In this document: piece after piece, positions 7,874 through 17,116 of the stretch | How the letters are laid out: each line of letters begins with the position of its first letter | Numbering within the stretch: the first letter of the stretch is position 1 | Assembly (NCBI GenBank): GCA_041742355.1 | Contig: JBGSIV010000044.1 | Span: forward strand, 1-24,422 | Length of the DNA stretch: 24,422 bases | Origin: Candidatus Zixiibacteriota bacterium | GTDB taxonomy: Bacteria; Zixibacteria; MSB-5A5; GN15; FEB-12 | Direction: 5' to 3' | Translations under genes and position numbers: made by a program | Notes under the pieces: model-generated | The model's input: the letters and a program-made list of their open reading frames with translations, nothing else | Database searches by the model: none | Told to the model about the DNA's origin: nothing

Positions 7874-10552
7874 ATGGCTTCAGGCGATCTTGACCAACAG
7901 GCCCGGGAAATAGAATACGAGAACCGCGAGTGGCTGGAGTCGCTCGATTATGTCTACCGCAACCAGGGACCCGAACGGGTTCGCCAACTCCTGCGTCGGC
8001 TCCAGCTCCGGGCGCAGGAAAACGGCGTCCCGATACACTACACCGCCAACACCCCATACGTGAACACTATCCCGGTCGACCGCACTCCGGTCTTTCCCGG
8101 GAGTCGTGAAATCGAACGGCGCATCAAGAGCATTATTCGGTGGAACGCTATGGCGATGGTCGTCCGCGCCAACCGCGAACACAGCGGGATAGGCGGGCAC
8201 ATCTCGACCTACGCCTCCACGGCCACGCTCTACGAAGTTGGCTTCAACCACTTCTTCCGCGCCCGAAGCGACAAACACCCCGGCGACATCATTTACTTCC
8301 AGGGGCACGGCACGCCGGGTATCTACGCCCGCGCCTTTCTCGAAGGCCGCATCTCCGAACAGCAACTGGCGAACTTTCGGCAGGAACTTGCACCGGACGG
8401 CGGCCTATCGTCCTATCCGCACCCCTACCTGATGCCCGATTTCTGGCAATTCCCCACCGTCTCCATGGGCCTCTCGCCGCTTGCGGCCATTTATCAGGCT
8501 CGCTTCATTCGCTACCTCGAAGACCGGGGCCTCAAGAAACACGACGATCAGAAGGTCTGGGCGTTCCTCGGCGACGGTGAGCTCGATGAACCCGAGTCCC
8601 TCGGCGCCATCACCCTGCCCCCGCGCGAAAAGCTCGACAATCTGATCTTCGTGGTTAACTGCAATCTCCAGCGCCTCGATGGCCCGGTGCGCGGCAACGG
8701 CAAGATTATACAGGAACTCGAAGCCGCGTTCCGCGGCGCCGGTTGGAACGTCATCAAGGTCATTTGGGGGGCCGACTGGGATCCGCTCCTGGCGCAGGAC
8801 GAGAAAGGCTTGCTCGTGCAGCGGATGGAAGAGGTCCCGGATGGCCAGTACCAGATGTACTCGGTCGCATCCGGCGACTACATCCGCCGCGACTTCTTCG
8901 GCAAGTACCCCGAAGTGGAGCGGTTGGTTCGCCACTACTCCGATGACCAGCTTCAGAAGCTCCGCCGGGGCGGCCACGACCCGCAGAAGGTCTACGCCGC
9001 CTACAAGCAGGCTGTCGAAACCGAAGGCTCGCCGACCGTGATCCTCGCGAAGACGATCAAGGGCTATGGACTCGGCGAGGCGGGGGAGGGGCGCAACATC
9101 ACCCACCAGCAGAAGAAACTCAACGAACAGGAGCTCCGCAGCTTCCGCAGCCGCTTCGGCATTCCGCTGCCCGACTCGGCACTGGCCGAAGCCCCGTTCT
9201 ACCGCCCTGCCCCCGACAGCGAGGAAATCCGCTACCTCAAGGAGCGGCGCGATGCCCTCGGCGGCTACATCCCCAAACGCATGGTCACCGTCCCGCCCAT
9301 GCCTGCGCCTGACCCTGATATCTACGCCGAATTCCTCAAGGGAACCGGCAACCGCGAGGTCGCCACGACCATGGTTGCCGTGCATCTGCTGGCGAAGCTC
9401 CTTTCAGACGAAGTGCTCGGGAAATACATCGTGCCCATCGTTCCCGATGAAGCGCGCACCTTCGGAATGGAGTCCCTCTTCCGCAAAGTCGGCATCTACT
9501 CGCACGTGGGCCAAAACTATGAACCGGTCGACAAGGAAAGCCTCCTGTACTATCGTGAAGCTACGGACGGCCAGATTCTCGAGGAAGGTATCACCGAGGC
9601 AGGGTCGATGTCGTCATTCACGGCTGCTGGCAGCGCCTATGCCAACCTCGATATCAACATGATTCCGTTCTTCTTCTTCTACTCAATGTTCGGCTTTCAG
9701 CGTATCGGCGACTTGATCTGGGCCGCAGGCGATATCCGGGCCCGCGGCTTCCTCTTCGGCGGAACCGCCGGTCGCACGACACTCGCCGGCGAAGGGCTCC
9801 AGCACCAGGACGGCCACAGCCACGTCCTGGCGCTGGCCTATCCGTCGGTCCGGGCCTACGACCCGGCCTTCTCCTACGAACTCGCGGTCATCGTTAAAGA
9901 CGGTCTCCGGCGCATGCTCGAGGACGGCGAGAACGTCATGTACTACCTGACCATTATGAACGAATTCTACAAGATGCCCGAAATGCCCGAGGGTTGCGAA
10001 GAAGGAATCCTCAAAGGGATGTATAAATTCCGCTCGTCAACCAACAAGCGGGCCAAGACCAAAGCCCACCTTCTCGGCAGCGGCGCCATCCTCAACGAGG
10101 TGGTCAAGGCGCAGGAGTTACTAGAAAGCACGTATGGCATCGCCGCCGATATCTGGAGCGTCACTAGCTACAAGAACCTCTATGTCGACGCCACCGACAC
10201 TCAGCGCTGGAATCTCCTCAACCCCGACAAGGATGAGCGCGTACCATATGTCGCGCAGGTGCTCAACGGCGAGAGCGGCGTTTTCGTCGCCGCCTCCGAT
10301 TACATGAAGTTACTCCCGGCCATGCTCGCCCAGTGGGTCCCCGGCCCGCTCACCGTGCTCGGCACCGATGGCTACGGCCGCAGTGAAACCCGCACGGCGC
10401 TCCGGGACTTCTTCGAAGTCGACAGCCGCCACATCGCTTTCGCGACGCTCTCCGCGCTCGCCCGCGAGAAGCGATTTGCTATGGCCGAACTGAAGAAGGC
10501 CCGTAAGGACCTCGGTATCGACCCCGCCAAGCAAAACCCCCTCTTCTCATAG
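7874..10552 (+). CDS. aceE: Pyruvate dehydrogenase E1 component, homodimeric type
   Basis: Motifs YVNTIP, IRWNAMAMV, GGHISTYAS, GLSSYPHP, WQFPTVSMGL, the TPP-binding GDGE...NCNLQRLDG, VPDEARTFGME and GEGLQHQDG. The start is placed at ATG 7874, 7 nt after GAAAGG; ATG 7868 is the alternative. Confidence 0.97.
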   Translation: MASGDLDQQAREIEYENREWLESLDYVYRNQGPERVRQLLRRLQLRAQENGVPIHYTANTPYVNTIPVDRTPVFPGSREIERRIKSIIRWNAMAMVVRANREHSGIGGHISTYASTATLYEVGFNHFFRARSDKHPGDIIYFQGHGTPGIYARAFLEGRISEQQLANFRQELAPDGGLSSYPHPYLMPDFWQFPTVSMGLSPLAAIYQARFIRYLEDRGLKKHDDQKVWAFLGDGELDEPESLGAITLPPREKLDNLIFVVNCNLQRLDGPVRGNGKIIQELEAAFRGAGWNVIKVIWGADWDPLLAQDEKGLLVQRMEEVPDGQYQMYSVASGDYIRRDFFGKYPEVERLVRHYSDDQLQKLRRGGHDPQKVYAAYKQAVETEGSPTVILAKTIKGYGLGEAGEGRNITHQQKKLNEQELRSFRSRFGIPLPDSALAEAPFYRPAPDSEEIRYLKERRDALGGYIPKRMVTVPPMPAPDPDIYAEFLKGTGNREVATTMVAVHLLAKLLSDEVLGKYIVPIVPDEARTFGMESLFRKVGIYSHVGQNYEPVDKESLLYYREATDGQILEEGITEAGSMSSFTAAGSAYANLDINMIPFFFFYSMFGFQRIGDLIWAAGDIRARGFLFGGTAGRTTLAGEGLQHQDGHSHVLALAYPSVRAYDPAFSYELAVIVKDGLRRMLEDGENVMYYLTIMNEFYKMPEMPEGCEEGILKGMYKFRSSTNKRAKTKAHLLGSGAILNEVVKAQELLESTYGIAADIWSVTSYKNLYVDATDTQRWNLLNPDKDERVPYVAQVLNGESGVFVAASDYMKLLPAMLAQWVPGPLTVLGTDGYGRSETRTALRDFFEVDSRHIAFATLSALAREKRFAMAELKKARKDLGIDPAKQNPLFS

Positions 10553-10566
10553 CACGAGGAACTGGT

Positions 10567-11964
10567 ATGATCAAAGAAGTCACGATTCCGGAAATTGGTG
10601 AGAAAGTCGAATCGGGGAAAGTTGTCAGCATCCTGGTGAAAAAGGGCGACCTGGTCAATATCGACGACGGCATCATCGAGTTCGAAACCGAAAAGGCTGT
10701 GGTGGAAATTCCCTCGCCGGTGAAAGGCCGAGTGAACGAGATCCTTGTGTCGATCGGCGATGAAATGCGCATCGGCAGCGTGATCGCCAAAATCGACACC
10801 GAAGCAACCGCGGCGCAACCAGAGCCGCGCCCGGCTGAGCCCGCCGTTCCATCCTCACGGAAACCCGAGCCGGAGACAGTGACCCGGGGGAAAGGTATCT
10901 CCGAGCCCCCGATCGATCCGGGAGTGACCGAAGCAAAAGCCGCGCCTTTGGTCGATCGCGCCGAAAAGCAACGGCTCGATGAACCGATGCCCCCGCCCGC
11001 TCCGGTCGAACCGCAACCACGCCGCATCCCTGCTCCAGCGTCCCCCTCGGTTCGGCGCCTCGCGCGCGAACTCGGCGCGGACATCAATGTCATCCAGGGC
11101 TCCGGACCCGGCGGCAGGATCACTGAAACCGATGTAAAGGAATTCGTCAAGGGCGCACGCCGCCAGCCCCGGGCCGCCGAACACGGTACCCAGTCGAAAG
11201 AAGCGGCTCCGGCGCGAGCTGTAGGCCAGGGCAAGACGACAGCCTTGCCCGACTTCAGCCGTTGGGGCGAAATCGAGCATGCTCCGATTTCCACAGTCCG
11301 ACGCATCACCGCCGAAAGTACCGCTCAATCGTGGAACATCGTTCCCCATGTCACCCAGTTCGATAGGTCCGACATCACCCATTTGCAGGGGTTCATGGAG
11401 CGCCACGCCAAAACCGTTGAGAGATCCGGCGGCAAACTGACCATCACCATCATCCTCCTCAAAGTCATCGCCGAGGCGCTCAAACGGTTCCCCCGCTTCA
11501 ACGCCAGCATCGACCTCGATCGCGATGAAATCATCTTCAAGAAGTATGTCCACATCGGCCTGGCGGTCGATACCGAACGCGGCCTGCTCGTGCCGGTTGT
11601 TCGCGATGTCGACCAGAAGAGCCTGATGGGCCTTTCGGTCGAGGTGCTCGACCTCGCCGAGCGCGCCCGCAACAAACGGGTGACGCCCGATGAACTCGAA
11701 GGCGGCACCTTCACCGTCTCCAACCAGGGCGGCATCGGCGGAACCGACTTTACCCCGATCGTCCTCTGGCCGCAGGCGGCTATCCTCGGCGTAAGCCGCG
11801 CCTCGGTCGAACCCAAGTATATCAGCGGCGAATTCAAGCCGCGCACCATCCTGCCGCTCTCACTGTCTTATGACCACCGCATCATCGACGGTGCCGACGC
11901 CGCCCGGTTCCTCCGCTGGGTCTGTGACTCACTGGAGAACCCCTTTGCCATGTACATGGAATAG
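10567..11964 (+). CDS. aceF: Dihydrolipoamide acetyltransferase (PDH E2), single lipoyl domain
   Basis: Lipoyl motif ETEKAVVEIPSP, Pro/Ala-rich linker, peripheral-subunit-binding domain (ASPSVRRLARELG...GSGPGGRI..DV) and catalytic DHRIIDG. SD GAGGA; lies between aceE and lpdA. Confidence 0.95.
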   Translation: MIKEVTIPEIGEKVESGKVVSILVKKGDLVNIDDGIIEFETEKAVVEIPSPVKGRVNEILVSIGDEMRIGSVIAKIDTEATAAQPEPRPAEPAVPSSRKPEPETVTRGKGISEPPIDPGVTEAKAAPLVDRAEKQRLDEPMPPPAPVEPQPRRIPAPASPSVRRLARELGADINVIQGSGPGGRITETDVKEFVKGARRQPRAAEHGTQSKEAAPARAVGQGKTTALPDFSRWGEIEHAPISTVRRITAESTAQSWNIVPHVTQFDRSDITHLQGFMERHAKTVERSGGKLTITIILLKVIAEALKRFPRFNASIDLDRDEIIFKKYVHIGLAVDTERGLLVPVVRDVDQKSLMGLSVEVLDLAERARNKRVTPDELEGGTFTVSNQGGIGGTDFTPIVLWPQAAILGVSRASVEPKYISGEFKPRTILPLSLSYDHRIIDGADAARFLRWVCDSLENPFAMYME

Positions 11965-11999
11965 CGCAATCGCCAACGCGAGTACCGTGGAGACCGAAT

Positions 12000-13430
12000 A
12001 TGCATGATAGCAATAGAAAGACTCAACTCGTCGTCATCGGTGGAGGACCGGCCGGTTACGGCGCGGCCTTTATGGCCGCCGATCTGGGATTGGATCTCGT
12101 CCTCATCGACCCAGAGGAGAACCCCGGCGGCGTCTGTCTCTACCGCGGATGCATTCCGTCCAAGGCGCTCCTGCACGTCGCCCGCGTCATCAACGAGACA
12201 CAGGAATCCTCGGAATGGGGCGTGACCTTCGCCAAACCAAAGGTGAACCTGGACAAACTGCGCGCTTGGAAGAACGGAGTCGTCGATCGCCTTACCAGCG
12301 GCGTCGGCCAGCTGGTAAAACAGCGCAAATTTCGCCACCTGCGCGCCACCGCCGCCTTTCAGGACAACCACACGCTGAACATCCGCGAACTGGGCGGCGC
12401 GGAATACACGCTGTCATTTGAAACGGCGATCATCGCCACCGGGTCATACCCCACGAAACTGGGCAAACTGCAACCCGACTCGCCGCTCATCCTCGACTCC
12501 ACCTCCGCGCTCGAGCTTGAGGATGTCCCGCAGACCCTTCTCGTAATCGGCGGCGGCTACATTGGCCTCGAACTCGGCAGCGTCTACGCCGCGCTCGGAT
12601 CCAAAGTCACCGTCGTCGAAATGACCGCCGGCCTCCTGCCCGGTGTCGACCGCGACCTCTTGAATGTGTTGCAGAAACGTCTCGAGTCGAAATTCGAGGC
12701 GATCATGCTCAACACCACGGTGACTGAGATGAAAGCCCAGGCGAACGGTATCAAAGTTACGCTCGACAACAAGAGCGGCGAGAAGACCTCGCGCATTTTC
12801 GCCAAAGTACTCGTCTCTGTCGGTCGCCGGCCCAGCTCGTCGGGGATCGGGTTGGAGAACACTAAGGTCGAACTCGACCAGCGCGGTTTCATCAAGGTCG
12901 ACTCTCAGCGACGTACCGCCGAGCCGAATATCTTCGCGGTCGGAGATGTAGCCGGTGAACCGATGCTCGCGCACAAAGGCACTCACGAGGGGCGTGTCGC
13001 GGTCGAAGCAATCGCCGGCCGGCCCGTGGCTTATGATCCTGCAGCTATTCCCGCCGTTGTTTTCACCGATCCCGAAATAGCCTGGGCCGGGCTGACCGAA
13101 GCCGAGGCGAAAGACAAGGGTATCGATACCGAGGCTACCCGCTTCCCGTGGGCAGCGTCCGGTCGCGCGATTACGCTCGGCCGCACCGACGGCCTCACCA
13201 AGCTCGTTATTCAACGTGAAACCGAACGCATCCTCGGTGTCGGCATCGTCGGCCCTGGAGCAGGGGAGATGATCGCCGAGGGCGTGCTGGCAATCGAAAT
13301 GGGCGCCAACGTCACCGATGTCGGTCTTGCCATCCACCCGCACCCAACCTTGACCGAAACGGTGATGGAATCAGCTGACCTGTTCCGTGGCACCGCCACT
13401 CACTACTACCGCCCGAAACGCAAAAAGTAG
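12000..13430 (+). CDS. lpdA: Dihydrolipoyl dehydrogenase (E3)
   Basis: FAD motif GGGPAGY, redox disulfide GGVCLYRGCIPSK, NAD motif GGGYIGLE, MLAHKG, and C-terminal HPHPTLTE. Confidence 0.97.
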   Translation: MHDSNRKTQLVVIGGGPAGYGAAFMAADLGLDLVLIDPEENPGGVCLYRGCIPSKALLHVARVINETQESSEWGVTFAKPKVNLDKLRAWKNGVVDRLTSGVGQLVKQRKFRHLRATAAFQDNHTLNIRELGGAEYTLSFETAIIATGSYPTKLGKLQPDSPLILDSTSALELEDVPQTLLVIGGGYIGLELGSVYAALGSKVTVVEMTAGLLPGVDRDLLNVLQKRLESKFEAIMLNTTVTEMKAQANGIKVTLDNKSGEKTSRIFAKVLVSVGRRPSSSGIGLENTKVELDQRGFIKVDSQRRTAEPNIFAVGDVAGEPMLAHKGTHEGRVAVEAIAGRPVAYDPAAIPAVVFTDPEIAWAGLTEAEAKDKGIDTEATRFPWAASGRAITLGRTDGLTKLVIQRETERILGVGIVGPGAGEMIAEGVLAIEMGANVTDVGLAIHPHPTLTETVMESADLFRGTATHYYRPKRKK

Positions 13431-13463
13431 CCGCGCGACTGACGCAGCGCTCGGACTTGGATA

Positions 13464-13499
13464 AACGCCGGGGCCACTGCCGCCCCGGCGTTGTTTTTT
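13464..13499 (+). terminator. Rho-independent terminator of the PDH operon
   Basis: 11-bp stem AACGCCGGGGC/GCCCCGGCGTT with a 7-nt loop, followed by GTTTTTT, about 33 nt after the lpdA stop. Confidence 0.85.
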
Positions 13500-13701
13500 C
13501 TCCTGGATACCTTCCCCCGCTCGATCGCGACATCTCGCTCCCCGCCACTCCCGACGGAACATCCGGCCGCCAATCCGAATTCTATTACTGCACGGTCTCA
13601 CGGGATGATCTGTTTCACCTGGTTGAACGCCTGTATGTCTGCGCCTGCCCCGGCTCCGTTCGTGCGGTCATCGCATTCATTCGTGGTGGGAGGAGTAACC
13701 G

Positions 13702-14829
13702 ATGTTCGGCAAGAGTATCAAGTTGTTCACGCTGCTCGGGTTCACGATCAAGATGGATCTGAGCTGGCTCATTCTCGCCCTGCTGGTGACCTGGTCGCTG
13801 GCCAAAGGTCTGTTCCCGATGTACTTCCGCGATCTCGCCAACGCCACCTACTGGTGGATGGGCGTCGCCGGTTCGCTCGGGCTTTTCGTCTCCATCGTTT
13901 TGCACGAGCTGGCCCACTCGGTTGTTGCCCGCAGCTACGGTATTCCGCTGAAGGGGATAACGCTGTTCATTTTCGGCGGTGTCGCGGAGATGAATGAGGA
14001 GCCTCGTACGGCCAAGTCAGAACTGCTCATGGCCGTGGCCGGACCGGTGATGAGCCTGATTCTGGGGGGCGTGCTGCTTACGGCATTCGCGGTCGCCGGC
14101 GGTCAGTTGCCCGGGCCGGTCAATGGAGTAATCGGCTACCTCGGCTTTATTAACCTGCTCCTCGCCGCGTTCAATATGCTCCCGGCCTTTCCGCTCGATG
14201 GGGGACGGGTTCTGCGCTCAGCTCTCTGGTACTGGAAGGACAACCTGCAGTGGGCTACCCGCGTCGCTTCCCGTGTCGGTGCGGCCTTCGGGATCGGCTT
14301 CATGATCCTCGGCGGCGTACGCTTCCTCATGGGTGATCTGGTCGGCGGCGTCTGGATGTTCCTGATCGGAATGTTTCTGCGCAGCGTTTCCCACAACGCC
14401 TACCAGCACTTGCTGGTTCGCAACGCGCTCGAGGGCGAGCCGGTGGGCCGGTTCATGGAGCCTGACCCGATCACAGTCCCCGCCCACATCACCGTGCGCG
14501 AGCTCGTCGACGATTACATTTACAGGCACCGCTTCACCGTTTTTCCGGTGGTGGATGAGGCCCGGCGGCTCAGTTGCGTCAACCTCGATCAGGTCAAGGG
14601 AATTCCGCCCGAAGAATGGAACCGTCGCCGCGTGATCGAAGTCGCCGACTCCTGTTCGCTTGAAACGACTATCCCCGTGCACGAAGACGCCATGCAGGCG
14701 CTCACTAAGATGAACCGCACCGGCAACCAGCGCCTGCTTGTTACTGACAACGGTCGCCTGGTCGGCGTACTCCCCCTCAAAAACATGCTCGAGTTCATCA
14801 CGCTCAAGCTTGACCTCGAGCAGGCATGA
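13702..14829 (+). CDS. Site-2 protease (M50, SpoIVFB/Rip3-like) with C-terminal CBS pair
   Basis: Multiple TM helices, HELAH, LFIFGGVA, AVAGP and FNMLPAFPLDGGR, then two CBS-like repeats (FPVVD, LLVTDNGRLVG). SD GGGAGG. Confidence 0.93.
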   Translation: MFGKSIKLFTLLGFTIKMDLSWLILALLVTWSLAKGLFPMYFRDLANATYWWMGVAGSLGLFVSIVLHELAHSVVARSYGIPLKGITLFIFGGVAEMNEEPRTAKSELLMAVAGPVMSLILGGVLLTAFAVAGGQLPGPVNGVIGYLGFINLLLAAFNMLPAFPLDGGRVLRSALWYWKDNLQWATRVASRVGAAFGIGFMILGGVRFLMGDLVGGVWMFLIGMFLRSVSHNAYQHLLVRNALEGEPVGRFMEPDPITVPAHITVRELVDDYIYRHRFTVFPVVDEARRLSCVNLDQVKGIPPEEWNRRRVIEVADSCSLETTIPVHEDAMQALTKMNRTGNQRLLVTDNGRLVGVLPLKNMLEFITLKLDLEQA

Positions 14830-14850
14830 GTGCTTAGATAACCGCTTCGG

Positions 14851-16806
14851 CTACAGCGATGGTCCGCTCGCCCGCGCCTCGCGCAGCAGATTGATCAACC
14901 CGCCGGCCAGAACCATCCGCCGGTGGCGCTCTCCGAGGTGGTGAACCACCTCGAACTCATACCCCTTCGTCTTGTTGCGGACCTTGATCGACTCGTCCCC
15001 TCCGGCCACCGCCGTGCGCACTCCCTCCAGTACCAGCACGTCGTCACGATCGATCCGGTCGTAGTCGCTCTCCCGCAGAAACGTCAGAGGAAGAATGCCG
15101 AAATTGATCAGGTTCTGTTTGTGGATACGCGCAAACTCCTTCGCAAGAACCGCCCGCAATCCCAGAAAGCGCGGCCCTAATGCCGCGTGCTCCCGGCTGG
15201 ACCCCTGACCGTAGTTGCGTCCGGCCACCACGAACGACCCGGTCTTCTGGTACTTCTGTGCCCGCTCGACGTACGTCTCATCCACCCGGTCATAGGAAAA
15301 TCGGCTGATCGCCTGAATATTGCTCCGGTACGGAAGCACCCGGCTTCCCGCCGGCATGATCTCATCGGTGCTGATATTATCACCCAGCTTCAGCAGCACC
15401 GGCCCTTCCAGTCGTTCCGGGAACTCATCGAACTCCGGGAGCGAAGCGATGTTTGGTCCCTTCTCCAGCGGAATATTCGTGCCGTTGTCGGGAGGTGCGA
15501 TCAGCATCTTCGTGTTGATGGCTATTGCCTGAGGTTCGGTAAACGTCGGGTACGGCATGTCCAGCGTCCGCGGATCCGTTATCACGCCGGTCAGCGCCGA
15601 TGCCGCCGCAGTCTCGGGGCTGCACAGGTAGACCAGATCTTCCCTTGAGCCGCTGCGTCCGGGAAAATTTCGCGGCACCGTGCGCAGGCTGATCTTTCCC
15701 GATGCCGGCGCTTGCCCCATGCCGATACATCCGTTGCACCCGGCTTGATGAATACGTGCACCCGAACGAATGAGTTTTGTCAGCAACCCCATCGTGCTCA
15801 TGTTCTCGAGAATCTGCCGCGAGGTCGGATTGATATCGAACGAGACCCGATCGTGCACGCGCTTACCATCGACAATTAACGCCGCGATCGCAAAGTCACG
15901 GAGCCCGGGATTGGCCGAGGATCCCACATACGATTGATAGATCTCCCGGCCCACCACCTCGCGCACCGGTACCACGTTTCCCGGGCTGGTCGGCAACGCA
16001 ATGAGCGGCTCGATCTTCGACAGGTCGATCTCGTCATGCTTGTCGTACTGCGCATCGGCATCAGCGATAAGGACGACATAATCCTCCTCGCGCTGCTGCT
16101 GGCGTAAAAAGCGGCGAACGGCATCATCCGAGGGAAATACAGTGGTGGTCGCGCCGAGTTCTGCCCCCATGTTCGCGATCACGTGTCGGTCCATTGCGCA
16201 CAGGTGATTCAGCCCCGGTCCGTAGTACTCGATCACCTTGCCGATTCCGCCGGAGACCGAGTGCCGCCGCAGCATCTCGAGAATGACATCCTTGGCGCTG
16301 ACCCAGTCGGGCAGGCGCCCCGTGAGCTTTACCCCGAACACCTCGGGCATGTCGAGGTAGAAGAGATCCCCTGCCATCGCCCGCGCGACATCGAGCCCCC
16401 CCGCTCCAATCGCCAGCATTCCCATCGCCCCGGAGGCACAGGTGTGGCTGTCCGCTCCCAGGAGCGTCTTGCCGGGAGTGCCGAACCGCTCCATGTGCAC
16501 CGGGTGGCTGACCCCGTTGCCAGGAGGGCTGTACCAGACGCCGAAACGCTGGCAAGCCGATCTTAGAAACAGGTGGTCGTCGGGGTTCTTCCAGTCCACC
16601 TGGAGCAGATTGTGGTCGACAAACTGCGCCGAGACCTCAGTCCTTACGCGGTCTATTTTCATTGCCTCCAACTCAAGCATCACCACCGTTCCGGTAGCGT
16701 CCTGCGTAAGCGTCTGATCAATCCGCAGGCCGATTTCGGCGCCCGGTTTCATCTCTCCATACTCGAGATGGCTTTCGATCAGTTTTTGGGTGACGTTCTT
16801 CCCCAT
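14851..16806 (-). CDS. Aconitate hydratase family protein, short (about 650 aa, Aquifex/archaeal-like) type
   Basis: Motifs TQDATG, DHN, ADSHT, NMGAELGA, GCNGCIG, RNFPGR, STDEI and NYGQGSSREHAA. SD GGAGGAG. The usual GSCTN motif reads GSSAN. Confidence 0.88.
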   Translation of the reverse strand: MGKNVTQKLIESHLEYGEMKPGAEIGLRIDQTLTQDATGTVVMLELEAMKIDRVRTEVSAQFVDHNLLQVDWKNPDDHLFLRSACQRFGVWYSPPGNGVSHPVHMERFGTPGKTLLGADSHTCASGAMGMLAIGAGGLDVARAMAGDLFYLDMPEVFGVKLTGRLPDWVSAKDVILEMLRRHSVSGGIGKVIEYYGPGLNHLCAMDRHVIANMGAELGATTTVFPSDDAVRRFLRQQQREEDYVVLIADADAQYDKHDEIDLSKIEPLIALPTSPGNVVPVREVVGREIYQSYVGSSANPGLRDFAIAALIVDGKRVHDRVSFDINPTSRQILENMSTMGLLTKLIRSGARIHQAGCNGCIGMGQAPASGKISLRTVPRNFPGRSGSREDLVYLCSPETAAASALTGVITDPRTLDMPYPTFTEPQAIAINTKMLIAPPDNGTNIPLEKGPNIASLPEFDEFPERLEGPVLLKLGDNISTDEIMPAGSRVLPYRSNIQAISRFSYDRVDETYVERAQKYQKTGSFVVAGRNYGQGSSREHAALGPRFLGLRAVLAKEFARIHKQNLINFGILPLTFLRESDYDRIDRDDVLVLEGVRTAVAGGDESIKVRNKTKGYEFEVVHHLGERHRRMVLAGGLINLLREARASGPSL

Positions 16807-17045
16807 TGCGTTCTCCTCCCGGCGGTGCCAGCCGTCCGTACCAGTCTTTTCTTCGTGCCATTACCGTGAGGGCGTAAATCCCGATGTGGGGCAAGTTGAT
16901 AGATTGTACGAGACGCCCGCGTGACCGGTGTGACCTTTCTCGTCGGGAGGAGGCAAATACCTGTTTCCTCCCCTGGTTTCGCCACCAAAGCCCCCCTTCG
17001 GCGTATAATCTTCTGGGTCGGGGGCATCCGCCCCGCCCTTTTGCA

Positions 17046-17074
17046 TTGACTTTCCGCGAGTCGGATCCCACAAT
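17046..17074 (+). promoter_or_regulatory. Putative sigma70 promoter for the 17117 gene
   Basis: TTGACT-N17-CACAAT, about 42 nt upstream of an ATG that has SD GGAGGA. Confidence 0.55.
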
Positions 17075-17116
17075 GGAGTAAGCGACATAGGAAAAACTGC
17101 TCTCGGAGGAACGACC

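Noticed and set aside
7470..8057. 195-aa minus-strand ORF crossing the tamB/aceE intergenic region
   Set aside because: It overlaps aceE antisense and the promoter region, and its Arg/Gly/Pro/Cys-rich composition is typical of spurious ORFs.
8405..13343. Antisense ORFs of 230-330 aa over aceE, aceF and lpdA
   Set aside because: They are reverse-frame shadows of highly conserved genes.
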